Virus record (IMG/VR): IMGVR_UViG_3300001605_000025
Coordinates: 1-64,000 of that record
Reading direction: 5' to 3' (one strand)
DNA from: a virus
Taxonomy: Duplodnaviria; Heunggongvirae; Uroviricota; Caudoviricetes
Length of the DNA stretch: 64,000 nucleotides
Made by a program: the position numbers and the translations under genes. Every line of letters starts with the position of its first letter. The first letter of the stretch is position 1. Of this stretch, positions 28,392 through 37,907 are shown one piece after another. The notes beneath the pieces are model-generated. The model saw only the letters and a list, made by a program, of their open reading frames with translations, searched no databases and had not been told where the DNA came from.

Positions 28392-29333
28392 ATGCCTCTA
28401 GCGATAACAAGAAGGATTAAGACTGGTGGATCGTTAGTAGATGCTGATCTAGTAGCTGCAACGTTTGATCCGAAACGGGTAACGTTGATACGTAAGATGA
28501 ATTCGGTCTTGACACCAATTCCTGGTGAGCAACATTTCGGGATGCCTATGGGTCCGGAAGCAGTAGAGTTTAGTGTTAATTTTTTGTGGGATCAATCTAA
28601 CTGCCCATGTCCCGGAAGAACATTTGCACAATCATTGAAACAGTGGACCTGTAATTCGATATATGCCGCTACACCATACGGTTCGTTAGTTAATGATATT
28701 GCGACCGCCCACTATATAGCTAAAACGATTACGTATGATCGAAAAGCTCCAGGTGTGAAAGGAGTTAAGAATGGTAGCTGTACGCTGTATCCGGTTTGGA
28801 ATGTAACAATGAACTTAATGAAATTGAGAGATTCAGATGTTACGGACTGTCCAACGTTTACCGATTATACGATTAGTAATTCGTACAGTGGGTCGAGTCT
28901 TACACCGTTCCTTGAAATGACTAATGTACTGGATGATTCTGATATTACTGTACAACCGTCAACAATAAAAGTTGCACATACTGGACAGCCTCAAGCTTTT
29001 GCGTTATATGATGAGGAAGCACTAAGTATATTACCACCGTTAGGTAACGTAGGACCGGTTATCGATATTGAGTTCCGAGCTAGTAATGCTGATTTTGAAC
29101 TTATAAAAGGATGGGCTGCCACACGAACAACTGTTGTATCAACTGATCAATGTCAGTATGACGAATTTGATATTGATAACGCTCCGTCTTACTATAGTAG
29201 ATGGATAGTAAGTGGTTATAGTTGGGATCGTGATGTTGGATCGGGAGGTCAGTATACAGCTACTGGTAAAGTGACTAGGCGTATAGCGATGTCGCTAACA
29301 CGTTATTGGGGATATGAATTACTGGAGGTGTAA
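28392..29333 (+). CDS. distal tail protein (Dit-like)
   Basis: Follows the tape measure gene. Confidence 0.4.
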   Translation: MPLAITRRIKTGGSLVDADLVAATFDPKRVTLIRKMNSVLTPIPGEQHFGMPMGPEAVEFSVNFLWDQSNCPCPGRTFAQSLKQWTCNSIYAATPYGSLVNDIATAHYIAKTITYDRKAPGVKGVKNGSCTLYPVWNVTMNLMKLRDSDVTDCPTFTDYTISNSYSGSSLTPFLEMTNVLDDSDITVQPSTIKVAHTGQPQAFALYDEEALSILPPLGNVGPVIDIEFRASNADFELIKGWAATRTTVVSTDQCQYDEFDIDNAPSYYSRWIVSGYSWDRDVGSGGQYTATGKVTRRIAMSLTRYWGYELLEV

Positions 29334-29336
29334 AAT

Positions 29337-31298
29337 ATGCCGTGGATACTATATGAAGTACTTGCTGCTGCTACGCATAATGTGATAGATTCATCAAGAG
29401 CAATAGTATCATGTGATTTACAGAAACTGAATGAAGCAAGAGTGATTTGTTCACACTCTAACGTTAGTGGTCCAGTTGATAATGATACTGAAGTTCAGAT
29501 TATTGATCAAGTTGTTGATCCGGTAACTAAGTTGGTTACCGAGGAGCATGTACTGATACATGGATATGTAGAAAAGTATGCTCAGATGACTAAAGGAGCT
29601 ATTAATAGTACATACGAGTATACGATAAAGGAACTTGCTGGTGAACTAGAGAAGTATCGTGTACACGTAACGGGAACGTCTAACTATATCGTAACGTGTC
29701 CTGCTCAGAATACTAGTGCTTATGCAGCATCCATTTTAGTTGAAACAACGTGGAGTGCTGCGACAGCTATGACCAATTATTTAGTTGATGCATTACAGTT
29801 TCGTTACATGACTGCTTTAGCTGGACTTAATAAAATAGTCTCACAACTATCTGCGGCGACGGCTGCGACACCACTTTATATGTGGTTTGATAGTGATCTA
29901 AAGACGGTCGGCTGGGGGACCTCTAGGAACGATAGGACGTCTGTGAACTTTATCAAAGGACTGTATTACGATTATAAGGAAGAAAAGACAATCCGTAACC
30001 AGGTAAATGGTGTTGTTATATTTGGTGCTAATAGCGCGTATAGTGGCCAGTATCCAGCTGTTCCGACTGGACACAATCTAGCGGTATATCAGTATGACGA
30101 TGCGAATACTGATGCGGAATGTGAACAGATAGCAACTGCTGTATACTTGACGTGGTGTAATGATCCGAAACGACGTATCCAATTTAAGGTAAGACCTATA
30201 GATACGAAAGTTGCTGGAAGCTACGTATTAGAGGGTGATCGTATACAGGTCGATGGTGTTAACTATACGGTTATCGACATGACGTATACACCGAAAGATA
30301 TACTGATAGGTGTAAATGCTGGAGAGGACTCTGTTCTGTATAGTCTTGGTGATAAACTGAAACCAGTAGCCGGAACAGCTAGTGGAGCACTTAATCAGAG
30401 TTGGGATCCAGGAACACAGAATGTTAGTAGTGACGGAACTACTAAGACAGTCTTTACGTATCAGCTAGCTGATAATACGAAGCTTGGAGATGATTGGTTA
30501 CTAGACTGTACAATTGGAACGTATAAGGCTCAGTCCTATCAGGTTACGGCAGCTGTTGCTAATGAGTTGTTAAGTAATGTACTAGTTCCGTCTAGTTTCG
30601 ATGGACTTAGCTATCCAGGTGATCTGTGGAATGCAGCGACTACCTACTTACCATTCACATCTGGTACTCCTGAACTAGTTGCTGGTTCTGAGATCGAGAA
30701 CGGATTTGAATATGCATTCGCAACTGTATCGTTTACGACTGAACCTATATTAGCAACTGTTGATATTGGATACTTATATGTAACATGTGAATATAATTAT
30801 ACAGGAGCCACTACTGGATGGTTTGAAGGAACGTTCCAGCAGAAATGGAGAATCCCAACTGGTCCAGATGGAGAACGTACATTCTGTACGAATACGTATT
30901 TGATCCCTGGAACTGCGAATACGTGTCAGCCGCATGTTAGATGGAAGTGTCTAGCTGAGATTGGTGTTAATGATGTTGCTGCTGGTGTACATTATTATTT
31001 ACGGAATATTAGTTGTATGTTAGATGTTATACCGAGACATACTCATGACTGGCAACAGACTGGTGTGACGAATGCGAATGAACTGTTAGCTCCACAGACT
31101 GATGATGTTACTGAAGTGGAGACCACACCACCAGCATCGGTAACTGTGTACGTTAATGGAACAAATTTAGGATCGTTAACACCCGGAGTACCGAAGGATA
31201 TTAAATCATATCTAATTGATGGGATTAATGATATATCGTTTACATCGGATACTGTATGTACCGTCACACCATCTGGTAAGTTTATAATGTACGGGTGA
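29337..31298 (+). CDS. tail-associated/baseplate hub protein (Tal-like)
   Basis: 653 aa in the second position after the tape measure gene. Confidence 0.4.
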   Translation: MPWILYEVLAAATHNVIDSSRAIVSCDLQKLNEARVICSHSNVSGPVDNDTEVQIIDQVVDPVTKLVTEEHVLIHGYVEKYAQMTKGAINSTYEYTIKELAGELEKYRVHVTGTSNYIVTCPAQNTSAYAASILVETTWSAATAMTNYLVDALQFRYMTALAGLNKIVSQLSAATAATPLYMWFDSDLKTVGWGTSRNDRTSVNFIKGLYYDYKEEKTIRNQVNGVVIFGANSAYSGQYPAVPTGHNLAVYQYDDANTDAECEQIATAVYLTWCNDPKRRIQFKVRPIDTKVAGSYVLEGDRIQVDGVNYTVIDMTYTPKDILIGVNAGEDSVLYSLGDKLKPVAGTASGALNQSWDPGTQNVSSDGTTKTVFTYQLADNTKLGDDWLLDCTIGTYKAQSYQVTAAVANELLSNVLVPSSFDGLSYPGDLWNAATTYLPFTSGTPELVAGSEIENGFEYAFATVSFTTEPILATVDIGYLYVTCEYNYTGATTGWFEGTFQQKWRIPTGPDGERTFCTNTYLIPGTANTCQPHVRWKCLAEIGVNDVAAGVHYYLRNISCMLDVIPRHTHDWQQTGVTNANELLAPQTDDVTEVETTPPASVTVYVNGTNLGSLTPGVPKDIKSYLIDGINDISFTSDTVCTVTPSGKFIMYG

Positions 31299-31762
31299 TA
31301 GTAATGACGTTTCAGAATGGTGATTTTGAAACTGGAGATCTGACGGGATGGACAGATAATAGTTCTGGTGCAGGATCAGCTTCTGTGACAACTGGAGCTA
31401 AATATAGTGGAACGTATGGATGTAGTTTGTTAATGTCATCTAATAGTGAAGGAACGATGGATGGTCAGGCATCGATTAGTCAAGACTTTGATACCAACTT
31501 CATCAGTATTAGTATGAAACATAAAGTGGCACAATTCGATGAAAGTCCAGGGATGGTTGGGTTTCGTGTGTATGTATCTGTACACGATGCTTCACATGCT
31601 GTAACGAATCTCTGGATATATGGGGGTTGGATATGGAGTACGTCGGACTGGGAAACGATGTCGTTCACGAAAGCTGAAATCGAGGCGATGTTTCCGTCCG
31701 GGTACCACTGGAACGAAAGTGGAGTGTCAACACTGATGATTAACCAGTTCGTGCTAGCTTAA
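31295..31762 (+). CDS. tail structural protein
   Basis: Synteny. Confidence 0.3.
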   Translation: MIVMTFQNGDFETGDLTGWTDNSSGAGSASVTTGAKYSGTYGCSLLMSSNSEGTMDGQASISQDFDTNFISISMKHKVAQFDESPGMVGFRVYVSVHDASHAVTNLWIYGGWIWSTSDWETMSFTKAEIEAMFPSGYHWNESGVSTLMINQFVLA

Positions 31763-31777
31763 TAAGAGGTAGGATAC

Positions 31778-33175
31778 ATGACAATCTATTATAACGAGAG
31801 TTACGTCGATGATATAGAGATTGAGTATCCGTTATCACCTATTATAGAGGTTAGCTTAACGTATCGTGTTAAACGAACTGGTTTAATAACAACAGATCTC
31901 AGGTACGACATATGTCATGTTATCCAGAAAACTTTAGAGTATCGTTTTACACGAACAGTAACACTTAGCCGACCGTTAGTAGAGTGGATACCATCATCTG
32001 CGACTATTAACTATAACGATCAGGGAACATATACAGTTAACAATCTGTATGGTAGTAATAATAATGCGTATGCAAAGTTTAACGTTAATACGGTACCAAG
32101 TAGAACGTTACCGTGGACACTCCAGTATGATTACGGGTATGGTGGACAGAAGCAGGTAACCCGATATGTGATGCACTATCCGAATGGATTCACTGGTAGT
32201 GATATATTTCCGAAGTCGTGGGTATTTGAAGGATCTTTAAACGGAACAACTTGGACAGCGTTAGATACGCAGACTAGTCAGACATTTAGTGTGACACGCA
32301 CTATTGATTTCGTAAACAATAAGGCCTACCGTTACTATCGTCTGAGAGTTACCGAACATTGGAGTCCAGCGTCACCTAAAGATCTATATATAGGTAGAGT
32401 AAAGCTTTACGATCAAGGTAGTACGTTACTTGAATATGCTATATATACGGCATCACTAGAAGCAGATACGTATGCTGGAGTTGCTCCAATAAACGTTACG
32501 TTTACCATTACGGATGAAAGTTTACCAAGTCTACCTAGATATCATTGGGATTTCGGAGATGGAACATCTGGATATAGTACAACACCAACAGCACGGAAAC
32601 AATACCTAAATGCTGGTACGTTTACGGTATCTGTTAGTGTCCCTAATCTAGAGTATCTACCTGTCGCATCGGTAGTAGTAACAATTACTGAAAGGCCAGC
32701 TGGACCACATGCAATGTTCTTTGCAAATCCAGTTATGGGAATCGCACCGTTGAATGTTCAGTTTGAGAACATTAGTGTGTATACTGGAGCCGTAACATGG
32801 GACTGGAATTTCGGAGACGGAACAGATCATTCAGCAGAAAAGAATCCGTTACATACGTATACTGGAGGTGCCACATACAACGTATCGTTAACGGTTACAG
32901 ATAGTGATGGGAATGATACGTTAACTCGGGTAAATTATATACATGGATCAGTTGTTCCGCCATCTGCTAACTTCGAGATTGCTAGTGGAAATGCAACGGT
33001 AACATATGGTGAGGGAATATGGGTGGAACTTAAGGTAACCGATAGTTTAGGGAATACCAGTTCTATCACTATGAACGTACTTCTAGATGATGAAGAAGAT
33101 AGATTCATAGAGTTTAGAAATACATCTACTGGTGATATAGTAGAGTGTAGATGGACATATGGTGATCTATCGTGA
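31778..33175 (+). CDS. tail adhesin with discoidin-like domain and two PKD domains
   Basis: HWDFGDGT...TFTVSVSV and WDWNFGDGT...HTYTGGATYNVSLTVTDSDGN PKD signatures, plus an N-terminal F5/8-type-C-like region. Confidence 0.55.
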   Translation: MTIYYNESYVDDIEIEYPLSPIIEVSLTYRVKRTGLITTDLRYDICHVIQKTLEYRFTRTVTLSRPLVEWIPSSATINYNDQGTYTVNNLYGSNNNAYAKFNVNTVPSRTLPWTLQYDYGYGGQKQVTRYVMHYPNGFTGSDIFPKSWVFEGSLNGTTWTALDTQTSQTFSVTRTIDFVNNKAYRYYRLRVTEHWSPASPKDLYIGRVKLYDQGSTLLEYAIYTASLEADTYAGVAPINVTFTITDESLPSLPRYHWDFGDGTSGYSTTPTARKQYLNAGTFTVSVSVPNLEYLPVASVVVTITERPAGPHAMFFANPVMGIAPLNVQFENISVYTGAVTWDWNFGDGTDHSAEKNPLHTYTGGATYNVSLTVTDSDGNDTLTRVNYIHGSVVPPSANFEIASGNATVTYGEGIWVELKVTDSLGNTSSITMNVLLDDEEDRFIEFRNTSTGDIVECRWTYGDLS

Positions 33176-33600
33176 CAGTATATACACATAAGAAGTCTGT
33201 GCTGTATCATCCGACACATCTTTTTGGGACACCAGATATTTGGGGGAAGCCATTTGACTCATCGGTATATCCACAAGATACTCCGATTGTAAGTCAAGGT
33301 ACAACTGGCTTCGACTGGGATGGTACGGGAATAGTATACGTTACACAGTCGTATGAAGGTACGTTATTGTATGGACTAATCGTTGATGATAATGTACGGA
33401 TAGAGACAGCCTTGGATACGTTTGAGACTGTTGGTGGATCTGGGCTTAAACCAGCACTAGATATTACAGCTGGGCTAAACGTTGGATTTAATGCCATTAC
33501 GTTAACAGTTCTTAATACAGGTTTGTTATCAATTGCGTTAGGATGGAATGATGAATACGAATATTATTTATGGACACGTATTGTTCAGGTTTCCGGTTGA
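33172..33600 (+). CDS. tail protein
   Basis: Synteny. Confidence 0.3.
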   Translation: MTVYTHKKSVLYHPTHLFGTPDIWGKPFDSSVYPQDTPIVSQGTTGFDWDGTGIVYVTQSYEGTLLYGLIVDDNVRIETALDTFETVGGSGLKPALDITAGLNVGFNAITLTVLNTGLLSIALGWNDEYEYYLWTRIVQVSG

Positions 33601-33701
33601 TTTCGTGAATGGATCCAACATTTCTAATTAATCTCATTCTTTATATTGAGGGAATAAGATATAATCGTTTCAGGTGATAGGTATCACCATGGAGACTTTT
33701 A

Positions 33702-34229
33702 ATGTCAGCTACTGTAACTATTGCCGAGAAAAACGGCGCGGGTGGAACGCAAACTGATAGCATTACGAATACTAATATGGGTAGTACTGATGCTGTGAAT
33801 CTTGTTGCAGCCTCGTTTCCGATAACTGCTGGAGCGAACAGCTATGAGAAGATTCAGCACTTTAGAGTTTCGGCAGCTGGTGGATCATCACAGATTAAAC
33901 AGCCGAAGGTTTGGGCGTCTGCAGTATTAGCATCTGGTGCGACACTGTACACTAATGCGAATGTGACGCCTGCTAATTATAAGAATGTTGGGACGTACTG
34001 GCAACCTGTTACAACTGCAAGTACTGCTGCGACTTATAACATGCCAACAGCAACTCCTGCAACTGCTAATCTTGGAATTGGTGGAGTGTTACTCGATTCG
34101 GCGTATATCGATCTGGCAGGAACACTTCCAGCATCGACTGATTATCTAGTCACGCAGATCAAGACAAGTTCAAATGCAACAGCCGGAACTACGGTTACTA
34201 TGAATTATCAGTATGATGAGATAGCCTAG
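33702..34229 (+). CDS. Thr/Ala-rich structural protein
   Basis: Composition and position. Confidence 0.35.
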   Translation: MSATVTIAEKNGAGGTQTDSITNTNMGSTDAVNLVAASFPITAGANSYEKIQHFRVSAAGGSSQIKQPKVWASAVLASGATLYTNANVTPANYKNVGTYWQPVTTASTAATYNMPTATPATANLGIGGVLLDSAYIDLAGTLPASTDYLVTQIKTSSNATAGTTVTMNYQYDEIA

Positions 34230-34253
34230 AAAACGATATGGAGAATCAATACA

Positions 34254-34667
34254 ATGATTCCAGTTTGGAAGTTCTACCCGGAACAGTCGGGAGCTGAGAC
34301 ACAAGAAGTGTCACCTGAGCGATGGGCTTGGGTGGCACTCTATTCTGACTGTACAATTCTTGAGCAATTCGGATCAGATGGACGATTCCATCAACTGAAA
34401 GAGATCGACGTAACAAAACTTATCGGGTTCCAGATGGTTAACCTGTTAGGCGTCCAGCAGCCTATTTTGATACACTGGAAACCAGGATGGAAGCTTATAC
34501 ACTTCTATCGTAATATTCGACTGCATGTTGGGACACCTGAAGAGGTAGCTATACGTTTATATTGTTTCGGTTACGAAGCGAATAAGCAAAAGGTTATCAT
34601 CGTAATTATGCCAACTGACCAGATTCGGATTGTTGAAGATGTGAACGAAATATCAATAGAGGGATAG
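34254..34667 (+). CDS. hypothetical protein
   Basis: 137 aa. Confidence 0.35.
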   Translation: MIPVWKFYPEQSGAETQEVSPERWAWVALYSDCTILEQFGSDGRFHQLKEIDVTKLIGFQMVNLLGVQQPILIHWKPGWKLIHFYRNIRLHVGTPEEVAIRLYCFGYEANKQKVIIVIMPTDQIRIVEDVNEISIEG

Positions 34668-34668
34668 T

Positions 34669-34953
34669 ATGGCATTAGATACGTCAGCTGTTAAGATCAC
34701 ACCTGCTGAAGTGAAATCGTTAGTAGCGTCTTATATGTTAGCAGAAACTAAGACACCTACACAGATGAAAGAGTTGATCAGTTCGTATGAAGTTAAGTGT
34801 GAACGGATTGATAGTATGATTAATGATCCAATGATACCAGCAGAACTTAAAAAAGATCTAAAGGATAAGAAGCTTCGGATACTTAAGAAGTATATGGTAC
34901 TACAAGAACATGATAAAAACATATCTATTAAGCCCGTAGAAGAGGTTAAGTAA
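34669..34953 (+). CDS. hypothetical protein
   Basis: 94 aa. Confidence 0.35.
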   Translation: MALDTSAVKITPAEVKSLVASYMLAETKTPTQMKELISSYEVKCERIDSMINDPMIPAELKKDLKDKKLRILKKYMVLQEHDKNISIKPVEEVK

Positions 34954-36437
34954 TGGCATATTACTACGTAGACTATACGAATGGTTCGGACTCTCGTACC
35001 GGATTACGTATACCTGCGGGTGACCATGATTCGGTATCTTATTATACAATCGATTCTACTGCAGATACGACACATTTTGTTGATTCAGCGTTAACTGGAG
35101 CAAACGACTACATTAACGGTGGGTACGTCTATAATGTTACACGGTCGATTGGAGCTGTAGTATCTGATTTTGATGCTGCAACTGATACGGTTACGCTAGC
35201 AACGGCAATTGCTGGAATGACTGCTGGTGACTCCTATTATATACTGAACTCGTTTAAGAATATCTCACAGTTTACAACTGCTGGATCAGCTAGAAGTCCA
35301 GGTGATAAATGTTACGTTAGAGCGAATCAGACACACAATCTAGCTTCTACATCACTAGGATTTGATGAGGATGGATCAGTAAGTGCGTTTATTTATCTGA
35401 TAGGTTGTAACGCGACTCAAGGTGTTGATCCGTATCATGATGGATCTGATGTTAGGCCGACGTTAGACTTTGGTGCTACAACAGCATACGTGCAGATATC
35501 AGGAGATTACTGGTGGTATATCCAGAATCTAGATGTTAGGGGATCAACTAGTTCTAATGGTAATATATCTCTTACTGCTGCAATTGGGACTGTTATTGAT
35601 AACTGTATGTCTAGAGATGGTGGAGCGAGCACAACTGGAATTAGAACTAGTATGACTAGAGGTATTTGGTTGATGAATTGTGTTGTCGCGAAGTGCCCGT
35701 ACTATGGAATGTATCTAATGGAGTCATATGTAGTTGTAACTAGATGTGTAATAGATGCAAATGCATCTGGGTCTTCGTATGGTATAGCTACACGTGGATC
35801 AGAAGTAATAGTTAATAATTGTATAATTGGAGCATCAACACCGTTTCTTACTGATATACACTTTAGTTATTCACATGTACTAGTTGGTAATTCTACATTA
35901 AGTAGTTCAGTTAAACTAGTTACGTTACCTGATTACGTGTTTGGTACAGGATCAACTGAGGATTATCTCGGAGTATATGGAAGTTTCTATCGCAAAGTTA
36001 GTTGTCTTGGGGTAACTAATTCAACAGCAGTTACTAGACCAGGTGGAGCATCATCAACTGTTGTTATGCAACCGTATATAACAATGTGGTATAAGAGTCC
36101 GATTAGTATAAACAATTCGATAATAAATCCAGATTTCCGTGTGTGGTCATCTGCTAACGAAAGAACGATTACCGTTTACATACGTGGGTTTAATTGGGCG
36201 TCGTTTCCGACTGCTGAACAACTATATATAAAAGCGGAATATATTTCAGCTGCTAGCCCACTAACATATAGTTCTGCTGTATCGACACAAGTACTAACAG
36301 ATAATACAACATGGGTAGCCTTTCGGGTTACTGTTACACCAGTTGTTGCGTCATTCATTAATATATGGGTTCAACTTGGACAGTTCGAAGATACATCAAC
36401 TGGTATATACGTTGATCCGAAGTTGGTGGTATCATGA
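34953..36437 (+). CDS. tail fibre/tailspike, right-handed beta-helix-like (paralogue A)
   Basis: Shares MxYYxDYxNG, GDSYY, CYxRANQTH, YIYLIGCN and C-terminal blocks with 36434..37900. Confidence 0.5.
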   Translation: MAYYYVDYTNGSDSRTGLRIPAGDHDSVSYYTIDSTADTTHFVDSALTGANDYINGGYVYNVTRSIGAVVSDFDAATDTVTLATAIAGMTAGDSYYILNSFKNISQFTTAGSARSPGDKCYVRANQTHNLASTSLGFDEDGSVSAFIYLIGCNATQGVDPYHDGSDVRPTLDFGATTAYVQISGDYWWYIQNLDVRGSTSSNGNISLTAAIGTVIDNCMSRDGGASTTGIRTSMTRGIWLMNCVVAKCPYYGMYLMESYVVVTRCVIDANASGSSYGIATRGSEVIVNNCIIGASTPFLTDIHFSYSHVLVGNSTLSSSVKLVTLPDYVFGTGSTEDYLGVYGSFYRKVSCLGVTNSTAVTRPGGASSTVVMQPYITMWYKSPISINNSIINPDFRVWSSANERTITVYIRGFNWASFPTAEQLYIKAEYISAASPLTYSSAVSTQVLTDNTTWVAFRVTVTPVVASFINIWVQLGQFEDTSTGIYVDPKLVVS

Positions 36438-37900
36438 CCGATTACTATATTGATTACGTTAACGGACTAAATACGAATACCGGATTACAATATAATCCGT
36501 TAACAGTTGATTCGACAGCTGATACGACACACTTAACAGATGCAGCACTCACCGGTATGACTATTGGAAACGGATCATTTGTTTGGAATGTAACACGAGG
36601 AGCTGGTGCTACAACACTAGCGTGGGATGATGGAACTGATACGTTAACACTTGGAACTGCGATTGCTGGTATGGCTGCGGGAGATTCATATTATCTGATT
36701 ACACCGTATAAAACGATATCTCAGTTCACGACAGCTGGTGGTGTACGATCTGCGGGTGATAAGTGTTATATTAGAGCAAACCAGACTCATGACTGTTCAG
36801 CTGCTAATATAGAGTTTGATGAAGATGGATCGTCTGTTGATTATATTTATCTAATTGGTTGTAACGTAAGTCAGGGTATTGATCCATGGCATGATAATTC
36901 TGATGTTAGACCCATAATAGATTTTAAGAATAGCTCAACATACTATATGTATTTGTATACTGATTATTGGTGGTATATTAAGAATTTAGACTTTACATCA
37001 ATCTATAGATCGTCTGCTGAAGCTGGAATATTATCAACTTGGGTAGTTCTTGGATTATATATTGACAATTGTCAGTTCCATAATGCTACAGGAACAGCAG
37101 CATATGCATTAAATCTAGCACGAGCAGGATGTGTTACTGTACATAATTGTGGGTTTTATTCTAATACAGGACCTGGATTATTTACAAATGAAAGTTGGGG
37201 AATTATAGAAGGATGCACATTCTCTAGTAGTGGTACTGGAACAGGTACTGGAGCAGCTTTCCGAGGAAGTGAATATATTGTAAAAGATTCAGTTTTTGGA
37301 TCACCAACTACATTTGCATATGATATACAGTCTGGGTACGGAGCGAATGTAATTCTGAGAAACTGTACAGTTAACTATAGTAAGTTTACCATTCCTGCAT
37401 TTTCATGGGGATCAATAGCAGTTGAAGATTATAATGGTGTATACGGAGATAAGTATCTAAAGACAGCTCGGGCAGTAATTACTAGTTCGACTGCTGTTAT
37501 ACGGGAAGGTGGATCACCAGAGTCTGCTTATTTAGTAGCAACATCATCTGATGTTGGTCAATATGATGCAGTAGGACTACATGATTCTATCGAACCAGAT
37601 TTTAAGATTTGGTGTACTGATACTACAACAGTTACTATTTATATGAGAGGAGCGGGATGGAGTTCCTTCCCAGTGACAACATACGACCTGTATATTACAG
37701 CTGAATATATATCTGCGACTAATCCATTAGATTATGAGTATGAGTATTCATCACAGGAATTATCTGATAATACTACATGGGTAGGTTATCAAGTTACGTT
37801 TACACCTGCTACTCCCTCGTACGTAGGAATATATGTATGTTTAGCACGGTACGTAGCTAGCACAGGTGTCTATATAGATATAGAACCAGTTATAACTTGA
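36434..37900 (+). CDS. tail fibre/tailspike (paralogue B)
   Basis: Paralogue of 34953..36437. Confidence 0.5.
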   Translation: MTDYYIDYVNGLNTNTGLQYNPLTVDSTADTTHLTDAALTGMTIGNGSFVWNVTRGAGATTLAWDDGTDTLTLGTAIAGMAAGDSYYLITPYKTISQFTTAGGVRSAGDKCYIRANQTHDCSAANIEFDEDGSSVDYIYLIGCNVSQGIDPWHDNSDVRPIIDFKNSSTYYMYLYTDYWWYIKNLDFTSIYRSSAEAGILSTWVVLGLYIDNCQFHNATGTAAYALNLARAGCVTVHNCGFYSNTGPGLFTNESWGIIEGCTFSSSGTGTGTGAAFRGSEYIVKDSVFGSPTTFAYDIQSGYGANVILRNCTVNYSKFTIPAFSWGSIAVEDYNGVYGDKYLKTARAVITSSTAVIREGGSPESAYLVATSSDVGQYDAVGLHDSIEPDFKIWCTDTTTVTIYMRGAGWSSFPVTTYDLYITAEYISATNPLDYEYEYSSQELSDNTTWVGYQVTFTPATPSYVGIYVCLARYVASTGVYIDIEPVIT

Positions 37901-37907
37901 GGGTATC

